Shown piece after piece: positions 39,502-49,412 of a stretch of 64,000 bases of DNA (the stretch's first letter is position 1; each line of letters opens with the position of its first letter). The DNA is from Candidatus Babeliales bacterium. GTDB taxonomy: Bacteria > Babelota > Babeliae > Babelales > JANWKD01. Below the pieces are notes generated by a model, which saw only the letters and a list, made by a program, of their open reading frames with translations, had not been told where the DNA came from and did no database searches. The stretch spans positions 672,001 to 736,000 of the forward strand of contig CAVRJM010000001.1 of assembly GCA_963722075.1 (NCBI GenBank). Direction: 5' to 3'. Made by a program: the position numbers and the translations under genes.

Positions 39502-40839
39502 TTAAAACATGCCGGGCATGCGTCCAAGTTTTTTGAACATCTTTAAAAATTGCTGACTTTTTTCAAATTTATCCAAGAATTCATGTATCTGCGTCACGCT
39601 AACGCCCGCCCCTTTAGCAATACGCTGTTTTCGAGATCCATTCAGTATTTGTGGGCAAAGCCGTTCTTTTTTATTCATCGAATTAATAATTGCCTGAAAT
39701 CGTTTTAACTCAGCTTCTCCTTTTTCAATCATTTCTGGAGAAATTTGTTTGGTTGAAACACCAGGTAGATAGTTCATGATCTGAGAAAGCGAGCCCATTT
39801 TATTAACCATCTGCAACTGTGTTGCAAAGTCCTGAAGGGTCATTTTTCCTTTATGAATTGAGCGCTCTAAGGCATCATGATCAGTTTGTTTTATTTTTTC
39901 TTGTGCTTGTTCAATAAGCGTTTGAATATCACCCATTCCTAATATGCGACTTGCCATTCGTTCAGCACGGCAATATTCCAAATCAGTAACTTTCTCACCA
40001 CTTCCCATAAAAACGATCGGTTTTTTTATAACATAGCGAAAAGCAAAGGCAGCGCCACCACGCGTCTGACTATCCATTTTGGTTAAAATAGCACCAGTAA
40101 ATCCAATACTATCTTCAAATGCTTGCGCAATACGCAATGATTCTTGCCCGGTCATAGCATCAAGTACTAAATATTTGTATTTAGGTTCAATTTTTTCATC
40201 AATAAGCTGTAATTCGCGTAGCATCGTATTATCAATATGCATTCTACCTGCAGTATCAAAAATCAAATGCTCAAACCCATTATTTTTATAATAATTATAG
40301 ATATCTTGAGTGGCCGCAAGAACTTCTTTATAGGCAGATCGGTAAAAAACCACCTCTAATTGCGCGGCTAAAATTTCTAATTGATCAAGAGCTGCTGGAC
40401 GGTAAAAATCTACTGAAGCAAGTAGAATCTTTCTTTTTTTGCCTCTTTTTTCCGCTTGCTTTTGAATAAAATAGGCTAATTTAGCAGCCGTCGTTGTTTT
40501 TCCTGAACCTTGCAAACCCATGAGCATTATTACTGAAGGGATCTGAAACGTAATGGTGTCAGGCCCACTCGTGCCCCCTAATAACGCCACAAATTTATCA
40601 TTAATAATTTTTATTAATTGTTCACCCGGCTTTATTGAACTGGTAATTAACTTTTGTCCCACCACTTCAGCGGTTACTTCTTGTATAAAAGTCTCAACCA
40701 GCTGATAAGGCACATCGGCTTCTAATAATGCCTCTTTTACCTTTTGTAAGGTATCCTGAATATTATGCTCAGTTAATTTATGTTGGCCGGTTAACCGAGA
40801 AAAGAGATGAGAAAATTTATTAGATAAGAAATCGAACAT
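39502..40839 (-). CDS. ffh: signal recognition particle protein
   Basis: ALLEADV, GLQGSGKTTT, DTAGR, DAMTGQ, TKMD, RILGMGD, M domain. Confidence 0.97.
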   Translation of the reverse strand: MFDFLSNKFSHLFSRLTGQHKLTEHNIQDTLQKVKEALLEADVPYQLVETFIQEVTAEVVGQKLITSSIKPGEQLIKIINDKFVALLGGTSGPDTITFQIPSVIMLMGLQGSGKTTTAAKLAYFIQKQAEKRGKKRKILLASVDFYRPAALDQLEILAAQLEVVFYRSAYKEVLAATQDIYNYYKNNGFEHLIFDTAGRMHIDNTMLRELQLIDEKIEPKYKYLVLDAMTGQESLRIAQAFEDSIGFTGAILTKMDSQTRGGAAFAFRYVIKKPIVFMGSGEKVTDLEYCRAERMASRILGMGDIQTLIEQAQEKIKQTDHDALERSIHKGKMTLQDFATQLQMVNKMGSLSQIMNYLPGVSTKQISPEMIEKGEAELKRFQAIINSMNKKERLCPQILNGSRKQRIAKGAGVSVTQIHEFLDKFEKSQQFLKMFKKLGRMPGMF

Positions 40840-40848
40840 ATAGGTTAC

Positions 40849-41184
40849 TCAATATAAAGCTTTAAGAATAAAATGAATACTAACCAAAGTTAACGCGCAT
40901 GTTGAAATTGCAGGCAATATAGTTTTTTTATATTTTGCATACGATGATTGTGTTTTTTTACTTAATTGCTCTAAATTACATGATTTTATTTCTTTTAATG
41001 AAAACTCATTAGCATTCTTGTTTGGTATTTTTTTTAACTTTTTTTTAGTTTTTTGTAATGAGCAATAAGCACCATAGCCAAAGGCCATCCCTATGCCCGA
41101 AAAAATAACAGAATCTATTATGCAATAAACTGATGAAGAACAAAGTAAGATAGATAAAAATAATAAGGTTTTCTTTAATAACAT
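40849..41184 (-). CDS. hypothetical membrane protein
   Basis: signal-like N-terminus and two hydrophobic helices; 9 bp upstream of ffh. Confidence 0.65.
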   Translation of the reverse strand: MLLKKTLLFLSILLCSSSVYCIIDSVIFSGIGMAFGYGAYCSLQKTKKKLKKIPNKNANEFSLKEIKSCNLEQLSKKTQSSYAKYKKTILPAISTCALTLVSIHFILKALY

Positions 41185-41335
41185 ACAGTTTCCTATAAAA
41201 TATTATTTTTTATTTTACCAATTGTATCAAATATCACAAGGAACATATTGTCCCTTTTTTAAACTCTTGCGATAACCATTAAAAAAAAGTTACTATTAAA
41301 CATATATTTTCTTTAAAAGGGACAAAAAGGGGAAT

Positions 41336-42334
41336 ATGGGACAATCAATAATGAATGCTATTCAGCATTCAAAAATTATCCAATCAGGGGCCGATTACGT
41401 TAAACGATTAGGAAATCATTTTTCAATTGCCCTACTCAATCCTATTTGTAAATTTTTTAGTATTCCTTCCGTGGATGGTATTATTGGCTATAAAACGTTC
41501 GCCAATTGTGCCATTGTGATGGGGGATCCGTTATGTAACAACCCTGAAGATATTCCTACGCTTACCATGGCCTTCCATGATTATTGCCAAAAGTACAAAA
41601 ATATTATTTACGTAGTTACCTCTGAAAATTTTACCAATTGGTCGTTAAATAATACCTGTACTCTTGCACTTCAAATTGGTAATGAGCTTATTTTAGATCC
41701 TCGCATTAATTATAAAGAACGTTCTGGAAGAAAAGCATCTCAATTGCGTAATAAATTTAATCAATCAATTCGCTGTGGTCTTGTAGTTAACGAGTATAAA
41801 GAGCACAATGCGCAGTTAGAAAAGGAAATCGAACAAGCAGGAGCCAGCTGGCTTAATAACCGATCGGGAATACAGCTTTTTAATTTACCCATCAACATTT
41901 TTGCTGGTCGTTCAGGTAAACGATGGTTTTATGCGCAACATAATAATAAAGTAGTGGGTATCCTTATTCTTAATAAATTAGAATTTTATCAAGGATGGGT
42001 ACTTAATGTGGTAATGCTAACACCCGACGCTCCTAACACCACCTCAGAATTCTTAGTCTTAAACATGTTAGAAACATTACGGGCCGAAGGATGTCCTTTT
42101 TTTTCAGTAGGAACACTGCCTACCGCTCAACTAGGACGTATAGAAGGATTTGGTACCATTGGCCAAAATCTAGTACAATGCTCATTTAAAGTTACTCAAT
42201 TACTACAATTACATGAACGGCAACGCTATTGGCAAAAATTCCAACCCGAGAGTAAACCCTCTTTTCTTCTTTTTAGCAAACCACGTATCCGACTCCGTGA
42301 AGCCTGGGCTATTGTGCGGGCATTCAGTTCATAA
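41336..42334 (+). CDS. DUF2156 / aminoacyl-phosphatidylglycerol synthase C-terminal (GNAT-like) domain protein
   Basis: IGY.....AIVMGDPL, IG.E..LD, PDAPN.TSEFL, QKFQP...P.FL. Confidence 0.8.
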   Translation: MGQSIMNAIQHSKIIQSGADYVKRLGNHFSIALLNPICKFFSIPSVDGIIGYKTFANCAIVMGDPLCNNPEDIPTLTMAFHDYCQKYKNIIYVVTSENFTNWSLNNTCTLALQIGNELILDPRINYKERSGRKASQLRNKFNQSIRCGLVVNEYKEHNAQLEKEIEQAGASWLNNRSGIQLFNLPINIFAGRSGKRWFYAQHNNKVVGILILNKLEFYQGWVLNVVMLTPDAPNTTSEFLVLNMLETLRAEGCPFFSVGTLPTAQLGRIEGFGTIGQNLVQCSFKVTQLLQLHERQRYWQKFQPESKPSFLLFSKPRIRLREAWAIVRAFSS

Positions 42335-42436
42335 ATTTTAACAATAACCCTTTGTGGCCAGCTTTTTCATAATGTAATAAATTATGATAAGCTTAGTGTT
42401 AAGTTAACCTAACTTAAGCCAAATTATACTACATCA

Positions 42437-42537
42437 GTCATTCTGAGATCTTGCCTGTGCAAGATCGTAAGAATCCAGTTATAAAAATAATGACTTTCTA
42501 TTCATTCACTGGATCCTCACGCTTCGCTCAGGATGAC
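42437..42537. repeat. inverted REP doublet (42437-42478, 42509-42537)
   Basis: GTCATTCTGAG..GTAAGAATCCAG and CTGGATCCTCACGCTTCGCTCAGGATGAC. Confidence 0.88.
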
Positions 42538-42634
42538 ATTTGAATATTTTATATCGCTGGTTTAACAAGTTAATATAATGTAAAATAGAAATCGAATCAC
42601 CATAATATTATATTTCCCCCGGAACCTTATTTAT

Positions 42635-43741
42635 ATGAAAAAGAAAGCTGAAAGCTTAGAAATTTACCGCCCTAAACTGTTACTAGTTGGCATCCATGCA
42701 CCGTATAATAGCACTCCCAATATTCAGTCCTATTATGAAGAATTTGTTAATCTGGTTAAATCAGATAATTTAACCTTTGATGAAGCAATTTTTTTTAAAT
42801 TACGAGATATTGACCCGAGCACCTTTATTTCCAAAGGTAAATTAGAAGAAATTGCTGAAATATGTGAAAAATATGATATTGATGAAATTATTATTTCAGA
42901 ACCGCTTACCCCACAACAAGAACGTAATTTGCGCGACTATTTACATCGCAAAGTATTTGATCGCACACAACTTATTTTAGAAATTTTTGAAAAAAATGCT
43001 CATTCAGCCGAAGGTAAGTTGCAAGTAGAAATTGCCATGCTCCAGCACAAAAAATCACGCTTGGCAGGCAAAGGAATCTCATTATCGCAGCAACGCGGTC
43101 GTGGCGTTATTGGAGGCGCTGGTGAAACGGGCAAAGAACGGGAACGTCGCCATATTGAAGAAGAGATTTTAAAACTAAAAAGAGAACTGAAACAACTGGA
43201 AAAAACAAAAGAAACGCAACGCAAGCAACGATTACAAAGTAAAGTTCCATTGCTTTGCTTAATTGGTTATACAAATGCTGGTAAATCAACCATTCTTAAT
43301 GCGCTCACCAAAAGCAATGTACTCGCTGAAGATAAATTATTTGCCACCCTTGATACTACCACCCGTCAACTTTTTATTGATGATCTCAAAGTTGGTACCC
43401 TCTCTGATACCGTAGGATTTATACAACTATTACCACATAATTTAATTGAAGCATTTAAATCGACGCTATCAGAACTTAATTACGCTGATCTGTTATTACA
43501 TGTCATCGATGTTTCTGATCGCAATTGGCAAAACCATATTCATGTTGTACATCATATTATTGAAGATTTAGGCATAGAAAAACCAATGCTCTATGTCTTT
43601 AATAAGGCAGATGCTGCGCAAATTACTCCCGCATTAACTGATTTGATAGAAAGCTTTAATCCTCACGTGCTTATAAGCGCTACCTCAAAAGAAGGAATTC
43701 AGCCCTTGAAAGACTTTTTAATTACCTGGAAATCGGATTAG
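42635..43741 (+). CDS. hflX: GTPase HflX
   Basis: DRTQLILEIF..NA.SAEGKLQVE, GYTNAGKST, LFATLD, DTVGFI, NKAD. Confidence 0.97.
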   Translation: MKKKAESLEIYRPKLLLVGIHAPYNSTPNIQSYYEEFVNLVKSDNLTFDEAIFFKLRDIDPSTFISKGKLEEIAEICEKYDIDEIIISEPLTPQQERNLRDYLHRKVFDRTQLILEIFEKNAHSAEGKLQVEIAMLQHKKSRLAGKGISLSQQRGRGVIGGAGETGKERERRHIEEEILKLKRELKQLEKTKETQRKQRLQSKVPLLCLIGYTNAGKSTILNALTKSNVLAEDKLFATLDTTTRQLFIDDLKVGTLSDTVGFIQLLPHNLIEAFKSTLSELNYADLLLHVIDVSDRNWQNHIHVVHHIIEDLGIEKPMLYVFNKADAAQITPALTDLIESFNPHVLISATSKEGIQPLKDFLITWKSD

Positions 43742-43751
43742 TTTTTTATTA

Positions 43752-43843
43752 ATGGATCCGCCTACGTTAAAACTACGGCGGACACAGTCCCCCACACCTC
43801 TGTCCCGGCATAGCTTTAGCGACGACGGATTCGTTCGGGACAA
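43752..43843. repeat. REP unit interrupted by two oppositely oriented hairpin modules
   Basis: ATGGA[43757-43787]TCCCCCACAC[43798-43829]TTCGTTCGGGAC. Confidence 0.82.
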
Positions 43844-43945
43844 GAAGGAAAATTAAATAAATAACATAAGACTCTTTAAACTTTCATCAAAATATACTAT
43901 TGTTTGGTAAGTTGTAAAAAAAACACTTTTTTACTTAGGAGTCGT

Positions 43946-44947
43946 ATGAATAAATTAACAACTAGCTTACTCGTTGTAGCTTCACTCAATTTTTGCGCAC
44001 AAGCAATGGAACAGCAGCAACAAGTACAAACCATAACCCTTATGACAGAAACACCAAAATTATCTAAGAATCAAAAGAATAAATTTGAAAAAAAGTCACC
44101 ACAAGAGCTCGGCACTAGTTTTATGAATTTATCAGATCAATTAGCCAAGGCACACAAAAACGCTGTTGATGTAGCAAAAGATCCTCGCAGGTCCCAAAGA
44201 GCTGAGATTTGGAATCTTTTAAAAATTAAAGTTGGTAAGGATAAAGCACGAGAATATGCATATGGATACGCCGATGATTTTAGCGATGAAGAAAAAGACT
44301 TTGAGCAAATAGATAAGGATGATTATTCATGGAAACGCTTTTATGAAAACTCAAAGCGTAAAACCGATACGGTTATTTCTGGAATTGGCACCAAAAAAGA
44401 AGTTGCTGAAACTAGTATAATTGCTGCTCAACAACGAGAAAAAGTAATTGAAGAAAAAACACGAAATGTAAAAGAACAAAATGATGCAGCAATAAAAATT
44501 CTTAACGCTAAAATTGAAGAACTTGAATTATTAAGCAAAAAACATGAAGATGTCGCGGAAAAAGAATTAGAAGAAATTGCTCATGAAGTAGGAGTTTTAC
44601 AATCTTCAGTTGAGAAATATACCAAAGCAATTGTTCACCACACCAATACAAAGAAGCAGAATGAGGCAGTATTGATGAAAGTGAAAGAAGAACGCACAAA
44701 AGAATTAGAAGAACTAGATAAAACTATTGAGCAATTTAATGGCGAGCTAGAAGCGTTATTACTTAATAATCAGCAGTCAAATTATGCAAAAATTAAAACC
44801 GATCTTGAAGGTTCCAAACAAAAAGCAGTTCAACGAAAAAAAGATTTGCATGCAGAATTGGATGATATTAATTACCGTTTACCAAAAATTAATGAACCCG
44901 GTTCAAAAACACGTTATTTAACAGGCTGGTTTTATTCAACAAAATAA
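43946..44947 (+). CDS. secreted coiled-coil protein
   Basis: AGGAG before ATG 43946; signal ending AQA-ME; long E/K heptads. Confidence 0.75.
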   Translation: MNKLTTSLLVVASLNFCAQAMEQQQQVQTITLMTETPKLSKNQKNKFEKKSPQELGTSFMNLSDQLAKAHKNAVDVAKDPRRSQRAEIWNLLKIKVGKDKAREYAYGYADDFSDEEKDFEQIDKDDYSWKRFYENSKRKTDTVISGIGTKKEVAETSIIAAQQREKVIEEKTRNVKEQNDAAIKILNAKIEELELLSKKHEDVAEKELEEIAHEVGVLQSSVEKYTKAIVHHTNTKKQNEAVLMKVKEERTKELEELDKTIEQFNGELEALLLNNQQSNYAKIKTDLEGSKQKAVQRKKDLHAELDDINYRLPKINEPGSKTRYLTGWFYSTK

Positions 44948-44968
44948 ATTCATAATCAACTTATTAAT

Positions 44969-45002
44969 AAAAAAGGCACATGCACAAACGTGTGCCTTTT
45001 TT
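44969..45002 (+). terminator. intrinsic terminator
   Basis: AAAAAAGGCACA...TGTGCCTTTTTT. Confidence 0.85.
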
Positions 45003-45074
45003 ATTGCCTAAATTTTTAACATCTCGTACACTTAAAAAAGTTTTCATATAATCATTTATAATTTTCATCTTCTT

Positions 45075-47327
45075 ATGCAACAAAATTTCAACGAATTCTT
45101 AAATCAACAACTGAATGCGCAACAACAACAAGCCGTGTTACAAAAAGATGGTGCATTATTAGTTATTGCTGGTGCTGGTTCAGGAAAAACGCGCATTATT
45201 ACCGCGCGTATTATAAATCTTATTGTTAATGAAAAATGCAATCCTGCTTCGATTGTAGCACTCACCTTCACTAATAAAGCCGCACAAGAAATGAAAGAAC
45301 GCATCACGCACTTTTTAGGCGCAGCCGCATCATCTATATTTATAGGTACCTTCCATTCATATTGCCTTTTACTATTGCGAAGCAATGCTCAGTTTCTTAA
45401 GATGCCAATTTTTACCATTTTGGATGCCGATGATCAACAGCAACTATTACAATCATTGATTAAAAGAAACGTATTACAAAAGAAAATCACTGCTAAAAAT
45501 CTTGCATACTCTATTTCATTTAAAAAAAATAATCTCAATAAAGGTGTAAATGATACGAACGCTGATGATCCGGTGATTGATCAGTTATATAAAGCATATG
45601 AAAAAGAAAAAAGAGTAAGTAAATCATTAGATTTTGATGATTTATTATTAGAAGTTTTAAATCTTTTTTCTACTCAAGAAACTTTTAAAACTATATTCCA
45701 ACAGCGCGTTCGCCATATTTTAGTAGATGAATATCAAGACACTAATACCGTACAGCATGAACTATTAAAACAAATGACCTTATCTGAAAAAAGATTAGCA
45801 GTCGATTCATTATGTGCCGTTGGCGATGAAGATCAATCAATCTATTCATGGCGCGGCGCTACCGTAGAAAATATGGTGAATTTTAAAAAAGATTTTCCTG
45901 ATACCATTACCATAAAAATTGAACAAAATTATCGCTCAGTGCAACCTATTTTAACTATTGCCAATCAAATAATACAACATAATAGTAACCGTAACGAAAA
46001 AAATTTATGGTCTGCGCGCGATGCCCAAAATAGAAGTCATACCATTACGTGCGTATCGGACTATCAAGAAGCAGACCTTATTGCGCAAGCAGTAAAAGCA
46101 TATCATCGTACTAAGAGAAAGAGTGCCATTGGCATTTTGTATAGAGCGCATTACCAATCGCGTATTATTGAAGAAACATTATTAAAAAATGGTATTGCCT
46201 ACACCATTATTGGCGGTATTCAATTCTATGAACGTAAAGAAATTAAAGATCTTTTAGCCTATTTAAAATTAATTGCTAATCCTTTTGATCGGGTCTCATT
46301 TTTTCGCGTTATTAATATACCGGCACGCGGCCTAGGTGAAAAGTTTGAAGAAGATGTACAAAAAATATGGAATACGCAACCTCTTTATGCATTTAATGAC
46401 GTACTTAATCATCTGATTGCAACCGGACAGGTGAGCGGAAAAAAAGCCGGACAAGTAAAAAAGTTTATTTCCTTACTAGCGCACATAGCGCATGATCATA
46501 AGCCAAGTAGTACCCTTACTCATGTTATCTATGAGACTGATTATTATGCCTATTTAAAAGAGCAATTTGAGCCAAAAGAAGCTGAGTCTCGTATCGATAA
46601 CGTTAAAGAATTATTACGTGCAGCAAAACATTTTGAAGATCAATCAATTAAATCAACCACACTCGATTTTTTACACGAAATTGCCTTAATGCAGGAAAAG
46701 ATAAAGGAGCATACTGATAATGAAGAACAGCTATTCCTGATGACCTTGCATAGCGCAAAAGGGTTAGAATTTGATTTTGTATTGTTGGCCGGATTAGAAG
46801 AAGGTATTTTCCCTTCTAACCATTCCTTATACAATCCTGAAGCAATTGAAGAAGAGCGACGCCTTTTATATGTAGGGATTACCCGAGCAAAAGAATATCT
46901 GGTAATCACTCATGCCCGTTATCGCTATAGCTTTGGTTCAATGTCTGATCAACGCGCTTCACGATTTTTATCAGAAGTTCCTGAACAATTATCAAAAAAG
47001 GTGGAAGTTTCTCGATCAAGCCAATTAGAACAGTATCAATTATTTGATCGTTGGTTTAATAATAAAACAGAAGCGGTGCGCCCTGCCATTATTACCTTTT
47101 CAATGCCTGGTTCTACTGGGCAGAAACAATCATCAACTTCCGTTACTCAAAAAACGTCTGCTGCCACAAACCAGTCATTTAAGAAATTGCAATCAGTTAA
47201 CCATGCAAAATTCGGAGTTGGCATTATCCAAGAAGTGGAAGAAAAAAATCCTTCCACTATTTATATTACTGCCAAATTTAAATCGGGCGTCAAAAAAATC
47301 AAATCAGATTTTGTAGAACGGGTGTGA
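45075..47327 (+). CDS. pcrA: UvrD/PcrA ATP-dependent DNA helicase
   Basis: AGAGSGKT, TFTNKAA, VDEYQDTN, VGDEDQSIYSWRGA, TLHSAKGLEF, EERRLLYVGITRA, C-terminal HAKFGVG. Confidence 0.95.
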   Translation: MQQNFNEFLNQQLNAQQQQAVLQKDGALLVIAGAGSGKTRIITARIINLIVNEKCNPASIVALTFTNKAAQEMKERITHFLGAAASSIFIGTFHSYCLLLLRSNAQFLKMPIFTILDADDQQQLLQSLIKRNVLQKKITAKNLAYSISFKKNNLNKGVNDTNADDPVIDQLYKAYEKEKRVSKSLDFDDLLLEVLNLFSTQETFKTIFQQRVRHILVDEYQDTNTVQHELLKQMTLSEKRLAVDSLCAVGDEDQSIYSWRGATVENMVNFKKDFPDTITIKIEQNYRSVQPILTIANQIIQHNSNRNEKNLWSARDAQNRSHTITCVSDYQEADLIAQAVKAYHRTKRKSAIGILYRAHYQSRIIEETLLKNGIAYTIIGGIQFYERKEIKDLLAYLKLIANPFDRVSFFRVINIPARGLGEKFEEDVQKIWNTQPLYAFNDVLNHLIATGQVSGKKAGQVKKFISLLAHIAHDHKPSSTLTHVIYETDYYAYLKEQFEPKEAESRIDNVKELLRAAKHFEDQSIKSTTLDFLHEIALMQEKIKEHTDNEEQLFLMTLHSAKGLEFDFVLLAGLEEGIFPSNHSLYNPEAIEEERRLLYVGITRAKEYLVITHARYRYSFGSMSDQRASRFLSEVPEQLSKKVEVSRSSQLEQYQLFDRWFNNKTEAVRPAIITFSMPGSTGQKQSSTSVTQKTSAATNQSFKKLQSVNHAKFGVGIIQEVEEKNPSTIYITAKFKSGVKKIKSDFVERV

Positions 47328-47329
47328 AA

Positions 47330-47827
47330 TTATTCCTTTTTCAATGGATTTTTTGGTAAAAATGCACGCAACATCCATGCCATTTTTTCATGTTTTTCAA
47401 GTACTTCAAGTAAGAAATTATTCGTTCCTAAATCATCATACTTATCTAACACCTTTGGCGCTTCATCGCGAATCAATCTAATAACGGTTTCTTGATCTTT
47501 AGCAAGCTGCTCAATCATTTGTAATGCATTTTTGCCACCACCAAAAAGTTCATCTTCAACCTTTGATAATTTTGCAAATTCTTTGAGAGAAGCTATCGCT
47601 TTACAACCAACCGAACGAACGCGCTCAGCAGTATCATCTACCATATCAAGTAGTTGCTCATATTGTTGTTCAAAAAATATATGCAACGCATGAAAATCAG
47701 CACCTTCAACATTCCAATGATAATTTAATGTTTTGGTATATAAACTATATTGATTTGCTAAGATCTTATTTAATATAGCAGCTACCTCATTGCGATTTTT
47801 TTCTGAAATTCCTATATCAACTTTCAT
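47330..47827 (-). CDS. dps: DNA starvation/stationary phase protection protein
   Basis: KT.NYHWNV.G..F..LH..FE.QY, D..AER, HEK.AWML. Confidence 0.95.
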   Translation of the reverse strand: MKVDIGISEKNRNEVAAILNKILANQYSLYTKTLNYHWNVEGADFHALHIFFEQQYEQLLDMVDDTAERVRSVGCKAIASLKEFAKLSKVEDELFGGGKNALQMIEQLAKDQETVIRLIRDEAPKVLDKYDDLGTNNFLLEVLEKHEKMAWMLRAFLPKNPLKKE

Positions 47828-47996
47828 AGTAATCCCTCTTATTATTAATTTTGTATTTTCTACAGTATAAGTAAATTACTTTTTTAACTGCAATATTTTT
47901 ATACTACAACTAGAATCAAAAGCAGTTACCGCTGTTGACGCTTTTTAATAACTGAGTAGACTTTTTCATATTACCATAAACATAAGAAAGGAATTT

Positions 47997-48638
47997 ATGA
48001 AAAAAATCAGCGTTTTATTAATAACCTCGGGCATGTTAACTGCATATGCAGATTTAAAAATGGATACTCCTCGCGTACCAGCAGGCCCTAGCGTTATTGC
48101 AAAAGATTCAACAAAATCTGTTCCTGAAACCGTAAAAATCCGTTATATCGATCCCTATAAAATTGTCCCTAATTTAGAACAATGGAAAGATGAACGTAAT
48201 ATCGTTCAAGCTGATTTAGATGCTCGCGCTAAACAAATTGAAGAATTACGTACCCTATACACCACTAAGACAAATGAAATTCAAAGCATGGGCTCAATGG
48301 CCAAAGATAAGGCTAAAGAAAGTGCTATAGAAGAACTCAGGCAATTAGAAACAAGTATTCAAATTAAACAACAAACATTCCAAGAACATGCTGAACGCGC
48401 TGGTCAAGAAGCACAAATGAAGATTTTTAAAGAAATAGAAACAGTAGCTAAAGAATATGCACAAGAAAATAATATTGATTTTATCTTTGCCGGTGGCGCT
48501 ATTTACGTAGCTGATGCTTATGATATTAGCGATGAAATTGCTCAGCGCATGAATAAGAAGTATCTAGCACAAAGAAAGACACCTGCAGTAACACCAAAGT
48601 TTGAATTACCTAAATCTGCTGGACCGCAGTTGAAATAA
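47997..48638 (+). CDS. OmpH/Skp-family periplasmic chaperone
   Basis: signal peptide; KI.YID; coiled coil; A....IDFIF....Y....DIS.EI...MN. Confidence 0.75.
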   Translation: MKKISVLLITSGMLTAYADLKMDTPRVPAGPSVIAKDSTKSVPETVKIRYIDPYKIVPNLEQWKDERNIVQADLDARAKQIEELRTLYTTKTNEIQSMGSMAKDKAKESAIEELRQLETSIQIKQQTFQEHAERAGQEAQMKIFKEIETVAKEYAQENNIDFIFAGGAIYVADAYDISDEIAQRMNKKYLAQRKTPAVTPKFELPKSAGPQLK

Positions 48639-48648
48639 AACTATAATA

Positions 48649-48863
48649 CTGGATCCTCACGTTCCGTCTCCGTTAATCCAGCCGTCGCTAAAAGCTATGG
48701 CGGAGTAAACAACTCCGCCGGACACGCGCTTGCTATTACGGAATCCGTCGTAGCCTTGACGAAGTCGGACGCGCGCTCCTCAGGATGACATAGTCTGCGT
48801 TGTAAGTTGAGGTTGAATGTCATTCCGAGTTTACGTGGGAATCCATTAATAAAATAAAAAGTC
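48649..48863. repeat. composite nested REP (48649-48789) plus simple inverted partner (48819-48846) and tail
   Basis: CTGGATCCTCACGT[cargo 48663-48769]...GCTCCTCAGGATGAC. Confidence 0.9.
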
Positions 48864-48868
48864 CTACA

Positions 48869-49402
48869 ATGAATCAACCAATCTCCCTCAAATCGATCAA
48901 AGCAATTATCGGGCTAGGCAATCCTGGCCCTAAATTCTATTACAATCGCCATAATATTGGGTTTCGCGTGGTAGAAGAATTAGCTAAACGGTATAACGGT
49001 GCTTTTAAGAAGAACGATCAAATGGAACTAGCACAAATTACCATTCATGATAAACCGTATATACTCATCATGCCGCAAACATTTATGAATTCATCGGGGA
49101 ACGTATTACCCTATTTAACCAAAAAAGGAATTGCTGCCAATGAAATCTTAGTAATTCATGATGAATTGGAGCTTCCTTTTAACAAGCTAAAATTGAAATA
49201 TGGCGGTAGTGCCAAGGGGCATAATGGCTTGAAATCTATTATTTCACGAATTGGATCTGATTTTTATCGATTGGCAATTGGTATTGATAGACCTGATAAC
49301 CGAGAAGACGTACCTGATTATGTTTTAACTAATTTTCAGGATGCCCGTGCAGTTGATGATGTTATAAATCAGGCAGTTGATATCATTGAAAAAAATAGCT
49401 GA
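48869..49402 (+). CDS. pth: peptidyl-tRNA hydrolase
   Basis: IGLGNPG...RHNIGF, PQTFMNSSG, HDELE, GHNGLKSI, YVL. Confidence 0.97.
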   Translation: MNQPISLKSIKAIIGLGNPGPKFYYNRHNIGFRVVEELAKRYNGAFKKNDQMELAQITIHDKPYILIMPQTFMNSSGNVLPYLTKKGIAANEILVIHDELELPFNKLKLKYGGSAKGHNGLKSIISRIGSDFYRLAIGIDRPDNREDVPDYVLTNFQDARAVDDVINQAVDIIEKNS

Positions 49403-49412
49403 AAATTAATCA

